A stretch of DNA of 64,000 nucleotides from Octopus sinensis. Its lineage: Eukaryota. Below the pieces are notes generated by a model. It was not told where the DNA came from and searched no databases. It saw nothing but the letters and a program-made list of their open reading frames with translations. The stretch spans positions 26,784,001 through 26,848,000 of the forward strand of contig NC_043016.1 in the NCBI RefSeq assembly GCF_006345805.1, written 5' to 3'. Below, piece by piece: positions 1 to 13,671 of the stretch (its first letter is position 1; the number at the start of each line of letters is the position of its first letter). Position numbers and translations under genes: made by a program.

Positions 1-777
1 ATGACTGCACTGGTATGGTAATGCGGCGAGAATGAATAAGGATAGTTGTGTCAAAAAGTGCCACACTCTAGCGGTTGAGGGAACCTGTGCAAGAGGTAGA
101 CCCAGGAAGACCTGTGATGAAGTGGTGAAGCACGACCTTCGAACATTAGACCTCACTGAGGCAAGACTAGTGACCGAGACTTTTGGAAATATGCTGTGCT
201 TGAGAAGACCCGGCAAGCCAAGTGAGACCATAACCTTGTGGCCTAAGCCAGGGGTGTAATCAGCCCTCTTATGTGTACCTTCCCTTCATCAGACAAAGCT
301 TGTGAAGACCTGTTGAGGCAAGTGAAATCGGAATCAAAATCAAATTCAATGGTTGGCATCCGTGCTACTGGAGCACTAAGAGCACCACCAGAGCATGATC
401 GTTGCCAGAGTGGCTAACTGGCGCTCATTCTGGTTGCACGTAAAATGCACCATTCAAGCGTGATCATTACTAGTGTCGCCTTACTGTCACTTGTGCCGGT
501 GTGCAGGTGACACGTTAAAAAAAAACAAACAATTTTTCTATGCCCGTTGTCAGTGTCGCCTGACTGGCCCTCGTGCCAGTGGAACATAAAAGCACCCACT
601 ACACTCTCGGAGTGGTTGGCGTTAGGAAGGGCATCCAGCTGTAGAAACTGTGCGAAATCAAGATTGGAATCTGGTGTAGCCATCTGGTTCGCCAGTCCTC
701 AGTCAAATTGTCCAACCCATGCTAGCATGGAAATGGAAAGCAGATGTTAAACAATGATGATGATGATGATGATGATA
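1..777 (+). mobile_element. RTE-clade LINE 3' end (ORF C-terminus, 3' UTR and (GAT)n tail)
   Basis: RLHWYG..CVKKCHTLAVEGTCARGRPRKT motif typical of RTE ORF ends. UTR motifs GGAAGGGCATCCAGC and CCAACCCATGCTAGCATGG recur across the window; ends in (gat)n. Confidence 0.8.
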
Positions 778-796
778 TATATATATATATAATATA

Positions 797-839
<43 letters not shown>

Positions 840-848
840 CATATAACA

Positions 849-890
<42 letters not shown>

Positions 891-994
891 AATATTTCGC
901 TGAATTCTTCCTCTAGAGAATTTCCCTTGTAGTTTGATCGTTGATGATCTTCTTCTAGCATTCTGGCCGGCTACCTAGCAGGCCAGCCCTGCCA

Positions 995-1060
<66 letters not shown>

Positions 1061-1288
1061 ATATATATATAATATAATATATATATTATATATATACATA
1101 TACATTATATATATATATATATAATATATATTATATACACACACATATACAGATCACTAGCCACTACACTATACATATATCTACATACACATACATATAT
1201 ATATAAATATGCATATATATATATAATATATACAATATGTATTTATATATACATTATAACATATACATATATACATATACATATATAC

Positions 1289-2075
1289 ATATTTGTAATC
1301 AGAAACTATATTTAAGAGCGTATTGTTGAGAGTATGGATGATGAAATCACTGTTGGACAGGCACTTGTTTACATATTCAGTCTTGGACTCATTGAGGTAA
1401 AGACCTACACAATTTGAGGCTTGTTCAAGAGATTGTAAAAGAGACTGGGCATTGGAGAGAGAATCACTGATAAGAGTGATGTCATCAGCAAAGTTTCTTA
1501 AATATGGTTTCTGATTACAAATATCTTGGGTCGTACATATCATCTGAAAAAGATTTTCTAACTAGAAAGGGTATGGCCTGGTCAGCCTGTAATGATATGC
1601 ATAAGATCTGGTCATCAAATCTAAGTAGAGATTTCAAACTTACAATCTTCAAAGCCACAGTCGAACCCATTCTACTATATGGCTCAGAAACCTGGACGTT
1701 ATCAAAGAAGCTTGAGGGGGTTGATGGAACTACACACTCGCCTCCTTATGGGAGCTCAAATCTCTCGTGGAAGTGTCATCCAACCAAAGTACAAATATAT
1801 TGGAAATTACCACCATATATCATTTCTTGTGAAAAGTAGAAGAGTCCAGTTTGCTGGACATTGTTGTAGAGCTGAAAACGAGGTAATTTCTATTCTTCTC
1901 CTCTGAAAGCCATCTGCTCACGATACCAGAGGGTACACACTCTCCTACCCTGATGTAATCACCAGGAATACAGGCATCCAGCAACAGGACCTCCGTAATG
2001 CTATGATGGACCGTGAAGTCTGGTGTAACATAGTAAATTCCATTGTCTCAATCACGGTTGAACAATGACAATGAT
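1289..2075 (+). mobile_element. RTE-like LINE fragment with inverted 5' part
   Basis: 1289-1496 on minus encodes FADDITL...IVSDYKY. 1497-2075 on plus continues MVSDYKYLGSYI..LLYGSETWTL..FAGHC with frameshifts and ends in (acaatg) repeats. Confidence 0.85.
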
Positions 2076-2432
2076 TAACATATACACATATATATGCATA
2101 TACATAACATATGTACATGCATATACAGACATATATATGTATATATATACATAGCCATAGACATATATACATATATATATATACACATATATATACATAT
2201 ATAAATACATATACATATATATAAACTTGTATATACATATATATACACACACATATATATATCTATATATATATACACACACATATGTTCATATATATAT
2301 ACATATATACAACACATATGTACATTATATATATATACATATATATATATATACACACACATATATGTACATATATATATATAACAGATATATATATATA
2401 TATAGATATATATATATATTATATATATATAT

Positions 2433-3270
2433 ATTGACGTACCTGGCAATTCCTGGGAGGGTGGGGCTCATCCCTTGGTTCCATTCTCATAGTTGTATCG
2501 CTAATCCAAGCAAAGTATGTAACCCTTAAAACAGTTTTTGTGCATTTACAGAGAATACCTAACTCCCTTATACAGGATCTTGTTTTTCAGAATTCCTAAT
2601 GTTATGAATATCTAAAATGTGATGTCAGTTATCTAATAACATAAAATTAGTTACCTGATAGTGAGAATTCAAATAAAGTAGCCTAAAAAAGGGCTCTAAT
2701 ATATAGAATTTAGGAGGGAATACTAATAATTTATGTACAGTAAAATCTGAAAGATGTTATGTAATAAGAGGCTAATCAGATATGAGATAACAAATCAAAG
2801 TAAATAACTCTGAAAAGGGCTTTTGTGCATTTTCATAGAATATTACCCTCAGCGACACTTGTGTTGGTATATTTGTGAATAAGTCATTAACCGAATAAGT
2901 GGAACTATTGTTTAGAAAATACTATTTACTTGTTTAAGAGTTGTACGGGATAAATTGCAAAAATAACTCTAGCAGTTCAAATACTAAGAAATAAGCATAC
3001 TTAATTTGATTTATACTAAATTATTTAGGAAAATGAATGGGTTATTTTCCTTAGCTGTTAAAATGAAATATATTAGATATATATATATAAGGATCCCTTC
3101 AAGGGGCCCTATTATAATTTTTTCAACATTCTGAGTATGTGATGAGGTTTCCAGACATGAATTCTACTCACATGTCAAATTTCATCAAAATCGGTAAAAC
3201 GATGTAGGGGGAGTTAGCTAACAACTCCTCAAACACACCCACAGACAGAACTTCCCACATATATAGTATA
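2433..3270 (-). mobile_element. Degenerate non-autonomous Helitron-like element
   Basis: 5' region (TATACTATAT..TCTGTCTGT..CCGATTTTGATGAAATTTG on minus) resembles the element at 41059. 3' GC hairpin CCCAGGAATTGCCAGG; terminal CTAG decayed. Confidence 0.45.
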
Positions 3271-3346
3271 TATACATATATATACACACATATATATATA
3301 TATCTATCCACACACTATATATATACACATACATATATATAAATAT

Positions 3347-3382
<36 letters not shown>

Positions 3383-3589
3383 TATATTATACTTGTATAT
3401 ATATACACACACAATATACATACATATATATACACACATATACATACACATACATATATATGCACATACATATATACACACATACATATATACATACCAC
3501 ATATATATGCATACACATACTATATATATACATACATACATATATTCTTATATTTATGTACACATATATATATATATACACACACACAA

Positions 3590-4620
3590 AACAAATAGTG
3601 AGGGATTATCAATCTCCCTCATAGCCTTACCTAGCCTCACAAGTTGTTTTCTGTCCCTATTTTCTCATTTCCCCCCTTCAGCCAAAGGCATTTAAAACTA
3701 TCCCACTCAGATACTAACTTATCGATCGCTCCCTCCCTCTATTCAGCTTCATACTCTTCTGGATACCTTAGTACTCCCTCTCCATTACCAACTCACATTC
3801 ATTACTGTACTAACCACTGCTATCTCGACCCCCAAGCTATTCCTCTACGCCCTACTCTCAATCTTCACCCTATCTTCTCTCATACCTTAGTAATCACCTC
3901 CTGCCACTAAATTAGACACTCTCCCTACCTCAAATAATTGCCATTCCTTCTCTCACTATCTCAACTTCCAATAATTCTAAAGCTACTATCCCTAAATTTT
4001 GACACCTATACACAACCCCAACACAATAGACTACCTTTCAATTACCATCTATCCTACCCCTCCTATTCACCTCTTAATTCTCCACCTCTACTACTAACTC
4101 CTTTAATACACTCATTATTAACCCCCTCTCTCTTCCTGAACTAGCTCTCTTTTCTCCTCACACAATTCTGTCTCAACACCTCCCATAACCCCACCAACCT
4201 TCCCACTTTACCCCTCTCTAAAACAGCTAGCTTTCTACATTTAATCCTTTCATCTTTGAACTTCTCTGCATGTAAGCTCTTCTCTACACTGATGACAAAG
4301 GCTCATCTTATCCAATGTTGATTGCATCCATTATGACTGCATATTATGATGATCTACATCTATCAACATTCTTATGGATCTTTGAACTCCTAGAAACAGT
4401 TGTTGGACTTATAGCACCATTCTTCTAACCCTTTAATTTTCTGTCATTTGTACTCTGTGGAAGTTGAATCGATTACTATATCTATATATTCATACTTAAA
4501 TGTTCATCATCTGAAAGTCTCCAGCCTTTGCTTTTTCTCGTCTTGCATGTATACATATATACATATTTTGTATTTCATATCCAAATTATTATATTTAATA
4601 TGTCTAATTTGTTTATCCAC
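3590..4620 (+). mobile_element. Possible decayed Penelope-like element terminus
   Basis: Long C/T-rich segment followed by CTGATGA (4289) and GAAACAGTTGT (4393), a decayed hammerhead-like pair. No intact ORF. Confidence 0.3.
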
Positions 4621-4647
4621 ATAAATGCCTCTACACATATATATATA

Positions 4648-5522
4648 TTGGGTCATCCCATAAATAATGTGGTTTTTTTCAATTACATGAACTAAAAATT
4701 GGAGGGGGATGGGTTAAACTACCTGCATCAACTTGCTATAAAAGCAGGTAGTAATTTTACTTTGTACTTATTCTAAGTGCAAGTTTTGAAGAGTACAGTT
4801 CGATTTTAACAGTTATTTTTTTTTCAAACTTATAATGGTTGTGACAAAGGAGCATATTCAGCATATTTTGCTTTATGAGTTCAATAAAGGCAACAATGCA
4901 TCAGAAAGTGCGAGGAATATTAATGCAGTATATGGGCATCGGACAATACATATAAGCTGGAAACTATATATATATATGTATGGATACATACATATATATA
5001 TGAAAACTATAGCCTAGAAGACAAGCCTCATCCTATAAGAGCTTGACAAGGATGTTCTGCAAACCCTGGTGGAACAGAATTCCACTGTAACTGTTGAGGA
5101 ACTAGCAGAGGAGCTTGGATTTGGTTACTCAACCAGTCATCGACAACTGTGCTAGAAGGAAAGCAACGATCTTTGGTTTCAAGATGAAAGGTGTTCTTCC
5201 ATCATACAGTGGGATGACATTCCAAAGGATGGAACAGTTTGAATGGGAAACGATGCTCCACCCACCATTTTCACCAGACATTGCCCCATCTGATTATTAT
5301 TTATTCCACAATCTTCAAAATCATTTGAACAGAAAAATATGATTTCTGTAGATGAGGTCAGTACAGTACTGGAGTATTTTTCCTCATAGACAAGTGAATT
5401 TTGGAAGAGGGGCCTTGCAAGTCTACGAGATAAATGGAAGAGCATTGCAGAAAATGAAGGAGAAAAAGAACTTCATCTTAATTTTGAAAAATATAAAGTA
5501 TAAAGTATAAAGTATGACCCAA
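4648..5522 (+). mobile_element. mariner-family transposon relic (internally deleted)
   Basis: TA-flanked ends TTGGGTCAT / ATGACCCAA. Fragments MVVTKEHIQHILLYEFNKGNNASESARNINAVYG and HPPFSPDIAPSDYYLF (mariner YSPDLAPSD motif). Confidence 0.88.
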
Positions 5523-6279
5523 TATATATATATATATATATATATACAAAAATTACCTGCACTTTCACCATAACATCTTTGTTATTGTCACACTGCTTTC
5601 TGCATGTATGCTTAGAGTTGGTACTATTGTGGTCGCATGAGCAAAGTTTGAGCCTGATCTTGCCATTTTCCTTTCTGGCTTTACAGCGTAAGCATGGCCA
5701 CTCTACCATCTCTCAAGCTTGCTGAATCTTCTCAACAGTGGTGGAGGTTGATGGGCATCCCACTCCCTTTTCGTGCATCATGCTTCTCTGGCCACTTTCA
5801 AACTTCTCAATACACTCATACATACTTCTACGTGATAGTGCACTGTCCCCGTTTTGTGCTAAAAGCCTCCAATGAATTTCAGCACCTGACACACCAGAGA
5901 AATCAAATCACTGCTCTTTGTTCATCTTTGTTGCACATTGCTAGTAGAGTGGTCACTGTAAAGCCAGAAAGAAAAATGATGTGATCAGGCTTGAACTTCA
6001 ATCATGTGACCACAATACTACCAACTATAAGCATGGATGTGCAGAAGGCAGTGTGACAATAATAAAGATATGCTATGGTGAAAGTGCAGATAATTTTTGA
6101 CTTCTCCTAGTATATATGGCACCTGTGGACAAAAGAGACCCAGGAAGACATCAGATGAAATAGTGAGCACTGATCTCAGGATTTTGGGCATCATGGATGA
6201 CAATGGACTGAAATATCTGGCAATATGAGTTTTTTGAAAAGACCTGCCCATTTGAGAAAAACTGAGCTCTGTGTTCCCT

Positions 6280-7013
6280 CACATGTAATGATAAAATTTT
6301 TGACAAATCAAACTACATATCTTATCTTCCTCACATTCTTCTTTTTCATGCACTATGCTCTCTCACTCCCCAATCCTGTGCTTATTCTTATTTCTCACTC
6401 TCCAATCCTACCCTTCCCATTGTATCATTACTATCCTGTTGTCCTCTACTTCCTCTATATACCCATATTTCACCCATCACTGCATTCCCCCACTCTCCAC
6501 TTTTTGTATTCATGTGAAGTTCCTACTACCTATGCTACCATCCCATATATATTCTGATCCCTGTGCCTTGAGGGTATACCCTTGCACTCACCACCATTTC
6601 TTTCTATTGCTCTATCCCTCTGACTGGATAACCATATATCTCCTCTACAGTAAGATACCTATTTGTGTCCCTCTTTCACACTCTAACCCCACATCACCTG
6701 ACACAAGACCACTTCCTCTCAAAGGATCTTTGTCTTATGAGTTACTTGGTGACCCCTCACCAGTGCTCTTACCATGTAGTCAGCATTTGGAAGGGCATCC
6801 AGCTGTAAAAACTGCCAAAACAGACCTCGATGATGCTGATGACATGTAAAAAGCACTGTCCACTATGTCAGATGGTTTGTGTTAGGAAGGGCATCCAGCC
6901 ATAAAAACCATACCAAAACCGACAGTGAAGCCTGGTGCAGTCTTCTGGCTCACCAGCTCCTGTCAAACCATCCAACCTATGCCAGCATGGAAAACAAATG
7001 TTAAATGATGATG
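6280..7013 (+). mobile_element. Element with C/T-rich body and RTE-type 3' tail
   Basis: Pyrimidine-rich stretch, then GGAAGGGCATCCAGC motifs, CCAACCTATGCCAGCATGG and (gat)n. The same layout recurs at ~13670-14315 and ~28520-29330. Confidence 0.55.
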
Positions 7014-7329
7014 ATATATATTTGTAGAGAAGATTTTTTCTCAAAGAGTTAAGATTGAGGAAAGAACCTTTTTAGAAAGTCGAAAGGCACTAACCTTTGG
7101 GAAGAGATTTCACAAAATTTGTGTGGCTTTTGCTTTTATAGATGTGCTTTCAGTTCTTAATGTTTTCAAGCACATTATTCATCATCATCATCATCATCAT
7201 TGATTAATGTCCGCTTTCCATGCTAGCATGGGTTGGATGATTTGACTGAGGTCTGGCGAACCAGATGGCTGCACCAGGCTCCAATCTGATCTGGTAGTTT
7301 CTACAGCTGGATGCCCTTCCTATGCCAAC

Positions 7330-7840
7330 CACTCCGAGAGTGTAGTGGGTGTTTTTACGTGCCACTAGTACGAGGGCCAGTTAGGCGGTACTGACAACGG
7401 CCATACTCAAATGGTGCTCTTTATGTGCCACCTGCACTGGAGCCAGTCTTCTCAAGCACAGCATATTTCTAAAGGTCCCGGTCACTAGTTATTACATGTA
7501 TGTAATGAAATCTCTTCCCAAAGGTTAGTACCTTTCAACTTTCTAAGAAAGGTTCTTTTCTCATTCTTAACTCTTTGAGAAAAAAATCTCTCCAAATTTA
7601 TAACTGTATCAAGGAATTATCAAAACACTCTGAATATATATATATACACACATGCAAAGACACACACATATATATATATATATACATATATAAAGAATAA
7701 GGAGAAAATGATCCCTTTATGAGGTTTATTACCATTACTTGATTCATATATATATGCATACATATATATATATATGCATACATATAATATATATATATAT
7801 GCATACATATATAATATATGCATACATATATATATATATG

Positions 7841-7871
<31 letters not shown>

Positions 7872-8541
7872 GCATACATATATATATATATATATATATA
7901 ATATGCATACATATAATATACATACATATATATATATATTTATGCATACATATATATATGCATACATATATATATGTATGCAATATATATATATATATAT
8001 GTATGCTATATATATATATATATATGTATGCATATATATATATATGATGCATATATATATATATGTATGCATATATATATATATATGTATGCATATATAT
8101 TATATATATATATATGTATGGCATAATATATGAATCAAGTAATGGTAATAAACCTCATAAAGGGATCTTTTCTCCTTATTCTTTATATATATAATATATA
8201 TATTGTGTGTGTCTTTGCATGTGTATATATATATATATTCAGAGTGTTTTGATAATTCCTTGATACAGTTATAAATTTGGAGAGATTTTTTTCTCAAAGA
8301 GTTAAGAATGAGAAAAGAACCTTTCTTAGAAGTTGAAAGGTACTAACCTTTGGGAAGAGATTTCATTACATACATGTAATAACTAGTGACCGGGACCTTT
8401 AGAAATATGCTGTGCTTGAGAAGACTGGCTCCAGTGCAGGTGGCACATAAAGAGCACCATTTGAGCATGGCCGTTGTCAGTACCGCCTAACTGGCCCTCG
8501 TACTAGTGGCACGTAAAAACACCCACTACACTCTCGGAGTG
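7330..8541. repeat. ~1.2 kb inverted duplication (palindrome)
   Basis: 7330-7750 is the near-identical reverse complement of ~8120-8541. The inner ATGCAT/TA microsatellite flips polarity near 7970. Confidence 0.92.
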
Positions 8542-9061
8542 CATATATATATATATATATATATGCATACATATATATATGCATACATATATATATGCAT
8601 ACATACATATATGCATACATACATATATGCATACATACATATATATATAATATATATGCATCATATATATGCATATATATATATATATATGCATACATAT
8701 ATATATATATATATATGCATACATATACATATATATATATGCATACATATATATATATATATGCATACATATATATATGCCTACATATATATATATGCAT
8801 ACATATATATATATATATGCATACATATATATATATATTGCATACATATATATATATATATATATGCATACATATATATATATGCTACATATATATATAT
8901 ATGCATACATATATATATATATTATATTGCATACATATATATATATATTAATGCATACATAATATATATATATATCTGCATACATATATATATATATATA
9001 TATATATGCATACATATATACACATATATATATATATATATATGCATACATATATACATTA

Positions 9062-9779
9062 CACGATGCAGATGGTATTCATTTGGAATTTTCAACTGCT
9101 AATTTTACACATATTTTTTACTTTGTCAGTCTTTTTTTTCTTAAAAACAAAAACGAATTTTTGCATTTTTTTTTCTTGTAGAATAATTACTATGGAATGT
9201 TTTGAACACCACAATTTGTGAAAGAGACCTGGAGTCCTCCATGCAACCTGTGCTGGAAGGACAAACAAGATTTCAAACTTCCTCAACATCAGCAGAAGGA
9301 TAGTGGAAAGGGTCAGAAAGGAACTGGAAGATTCAGGATTGACTGGGTAGCTGTACGTGTGGCAGCAAGACTCTGCATCCTGTCACACCAAATGAAAGAC
9401 CTAGGCCTGATTGTTGGAGAATTTCTTTGATCACACAGTGCCTGACATTTAGCCTCCCAACTCACCTGACTGCAAACCCCTTTGATTTCATGCACCGTAG
9501 AATGAGAGCCCACCAAATCCAGCTGCAATACAAAGGATGAGCTGAGAGTGAGGATTATCATGGCCTTCAAGGGCCTAAAATGGGAAATAGTGATGAAGGC
9601 CTATGGCTAGTTCCAAGATCACCTGGAGGCTGTCATCAAGGCCAATGGCGAGTTTGAGTGAGATTGACAGAACATCATAAGGGCAAACTGATCCAAATTT
9701 GATGAATATTTCTCAAAAATTAAAAACCTCTATTTTTTCCTGAGACAGTGATCATGCAAACGAGTACTGTCTGCACCCT
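9062..9779 (+). mobile_element. Decayed Tc1/mariner-superfamily relic
   Basis: Imperfect TA-flanked TIRs (cacgatgcagatggta / tactgtctgcacccta) and a PNSPDCxPxD-like motif at ~9455-9490. Confidence 0.5.
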
Positions 9780-9794
9780 ATATACACACACATT

Positions 9795-11165
9795 CATGCA
9801 TCATAATCATTTAATGTCAATTTTCCATGATGGCATGGGTTGGACGGTTTGACTGGGAACTGGCCAACTGGCAAACCAGGCTCCACTCTGATCTGGCAAT
9901 GTTTCAACAGCTGGATGCCCTTCCTAATGCCAACCACTCCGAAGGTTTTGTGGGTACTTTTTACGTGCCACCAGCACAGGAGCCAGTCAGGCGGCACTGA
10001 CATCAGCCACGTTTAGATGGTGCTTTTTACATGCTACCAACACAGAAGCCAGTTAAGGCGGGGGTGCTGGCATCGACCACATGCAGACAGTGCTTTTTAC
10101 GTGCCACCAGCATGGGGAGCCAGTCAGGCAACGACCTATGCATGAATGGTGATTATTGCGTGCCACCAGCATGGGACCCAGTCAGGTGGCCGTGGCATCG
10201 GTCACAACTACAGTTTCCAATTGATTGCAATTTGATTTAATTTTGATTGACTCAAGGATGGCATGTCACCCGACGATTCAAAGATACTTTTAAATGGGCT
10301 GGTTATGTGACACTGATGTAGGCTATGACTGTGATCTCACTTTACTTGCCAGGTCTTCTCAATCACAGCATATCTCCAGAAGTTTCGGTGTTTGTCATTG
10401 TTTCTGTGAGGCCCAATGTTTGAAGGTCATGCTTCACCACCTCATCCCAGGTCTCCCTCTTCCAGTGTTAGGAAGTGACACTTCTTCACACAGCTCTCCT
10501 CATCCATATGTAGCACATGACCATATCAGCGCAGTCGTCTCTCTTGTACACATCTGATACTTCTTATGTCCAACATTTCTCTCAGGGAACTTACACTCTC
10601 ACGTGTGTGCACACTGACATTACACATCCAGTAGATCATACTAGCTTCATTTCTTCAAGCCTACGCATGTCTTCAGCAGTCACAGCCCATGTTTCATTGC
10701 CAAGTAGCATGGCAATTCACACATGCATCATACAATCTACCTTTCACTCTGAATGAGAGACCCTTTGTCACCAGTAGAGGTAGGAGCTTTCTGAACTTTG
10801 CTCAGGCTATTCTTATTCCAGTGGCAATGCTCTCCGAGCATCCCCCCCCCCCCCCCCCCTTCACTACAGACTTGGTCACCTATCCTAGTTTCTCCCTCTG
10901 GCATGTGATGGAATCAGTTTCTGAGCATCTGCGATGTTTATTGCTCCTGTGCATCTGCCGCACACAAAAGCTATCTTCCCAGTTAACCTTCCTTTGATGT
11001 TGCTGCACCCCTTATGTGTCCATAGCTTACACTGGGTACATCTTATGGAGTTTCTACCTATACCTTTTCTACAGATCAAGCAGGGCCATCTACCTGAGGG
11101 GGTTTGTGATGTGTTCGCCTTCCTACTTACTATGATTTTGATTTTTGCAATATTGACTCTAAGGC
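9795..11165 (-). mobile_element. RTE-clade LINE, 5'-truncated, with Cys-rich insert and 3' UTR
   Basis: LRVNIAKIKII..WPCLICRKGIGRNSIRCTQCKLWTHKGC..CGRC, then RTE C-terminal motifs (GNETWAVT, RLEENEASM) and the UTR/tail shared with the element at 1-777. Confidence 0.85.
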
Positions 11166-11885
11166 TCTTACATATATAAATGCATACATATATATATATA
11201 TTATACACAGACATAAATATACATATATAGATCTATATGTATATACAAATATGTATGTACATACATATGTGTGTGTATATATATATATATATATATACAC
11301 ATACATACATACATATTGTTGTATTTCAGGTTGGTCACTTTTTTTTGTCAAATAAAAACATGCACTATATTCATTCTTCACTAATTTATTACGGTTCATA
11401 TTCTAACTTGTGTCCATTGTCCAGAAATCTTTCGCCACACATCTGTGACCTCTTCAGTGACACTTTCTTTCTGCATGTGTACTCTTGCTCCACTTATTTC
11501 ACATCAGGAACCTTGCAACACAAATTCATAAACGTATATATATACTCTATATATATATATATACTCATACATATGCAGGTTGCTGTGCACTCACGTGTAA
11601 AGTCACTATTATTCTATGTATCATTCTCAGTGATATTTGGCTGGTATGTGGCAATAAGGTACCTGTCACTGAAGAAGTAGAGTACATGGAAATATGATCT
11701 GACAGTTCTAGCACTCATGGCACATTGTTCTCATCTGCAATGATAGATATATATATGTATATATATATATATATGCATGTTTTCTCAGCATTTTGCATCT
11801 GTATGAGGTTCATTCAAGACCAAATTTTATGGTATTTGTTGTTCTAGGATACAAAGATTGCCATTTGGTACTAATACTGCTTCCT

Positions 11886-11923
<38 letters not shown>

Positions 11924-12974
11924 CAAATAAGCATTCTTGCACAGAATATCTTTTATCTATTTAAAGCTATGGAATCTAGAGGTGAGTGTCAAAAAACATA
12001 GCTTCCTTTCCACAAGGAAATATTCATTTTTAATGTACTTAATTTTCTACAATAATATAAATACTGAATATATTCAGCCAATTCAATGACAGATTCTAAC
12101 ATTTTAAGAAGAGTGTGTTAGTTATATCAACTTGTTAGTGAACATTAATAATATAGACCAAGAAAATACATAAACTCAACAAAACTGTCCTAGTAAATAC
12201 ACTTACATCCACATTGGAATTACTTCTAAAATATATTATTCTTTTCTCATCCTTGTTTCTTATTCTTATTCTCTTTTGTTTCTTATGCTTTTTCCAGCGT
12301 TTCGCAACATTTACACGCCTTAAAATTTATTTCAAAATAAACAAGTGGAAGAAAAAGAAAAAAAATAATTACAATAAGTAAGAAATATAAACAAGGCTTC
12401 ATATGTTGATAATTATTTTCAATATATTCTTATGATCCAAAATTGGCTATCAGATTTATTATTAATCCATTTAAGATTTTACAAATGGAATAAAGAAACA
12501 GAACCTTACTTAGCAATAACCAAGCAGTTAAAACTGACCAAGGAACTAAGCTGGTATGTTTTATTTATAACCTTCATTAATTTATAAAAATGCTTATATA
12601 TATATATATATATACACACATATATTTATATATACATATTTATATATATCCAACCCATGTTTGGAGAAACAGATTTTAACCCATTGATAATGATACTGAT
12701 GATGTTGATGACTATGATAATGATTCTTTTCTTTTTTTAATGTTAGCATGGAATGGATGGTCTAGAAATCCAGATATTTGCACTAATTATTGGAATTTGT
12801 AGCTGGGAACCTTTCCTAAAGCCCCATCCACACTCTATCCTTCTGCTGTACAAGTATCTGATACATGTATGTGAGATGCATGCTAACATTTTCAGTTGAA
12901 TGCAGAATTTCAAAATATATAAATATAAAATGCTCAAATAGAATGAAAATAAAGAAATTTGCAATATCAGTTTC

Positions 12975-13011
<37 letters not shown>

Positions 13012-13634
13012 CATACATACATATATATATATATATATGAAATTCTTTTTAACAAGTTTTAATGAGGTTAGAATTATTATTAAGAAAACAAAACAAACCA
13101 ACCCAAATTTGAAACCAATTGCTCATACCTTGCCAATTTAGAGTACGGGGAACTTATACAAGTTGAAGATAAAATTTTCATTGGTAGTGATTTTTTAAAG
13201 ACACAACTGCTTAGGAATTGGGTGAAGGTAAGGGGGAATTGCGATCCTCACACCTTTAACCAAGTATAATAAAGACGAGTGATATGAAGTGGTTCCAATT
13301 GAGAGAGTCAAAACCAGATCGCAGACAGACTTCTCAGACAGCTTGTTGCAATAGTAAAATTGTCTGTCTACATTTATATTTATGTAATATATCAGTGCAA
13401 GATGAAGCAAAAATACGAAAACAAAGTATATATATATATATATATACACACATATAGATGTAGGTATGTACATATATGTATGTATGCATGTTTTATTTAT
13501 TAATTTATTATATATATATATATATATAATTTTTTTAATGTAATACAGTTGTAAGAAACAAATTTCTTTCTATTGTTAGTTGTCACCCCCACTTTCTTGT
13601 TTCTGTGTGCGTGTGTACATAGTGTATATATACA

Positions 13635-13671
<37 letters not shown>

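Noticed and set aside
6225-6849. Hydrophobic ORFs of 110-164 aa
   Set aside because: By-product of C/T-skewed repeat sequence; no recognisable domain or splice context.
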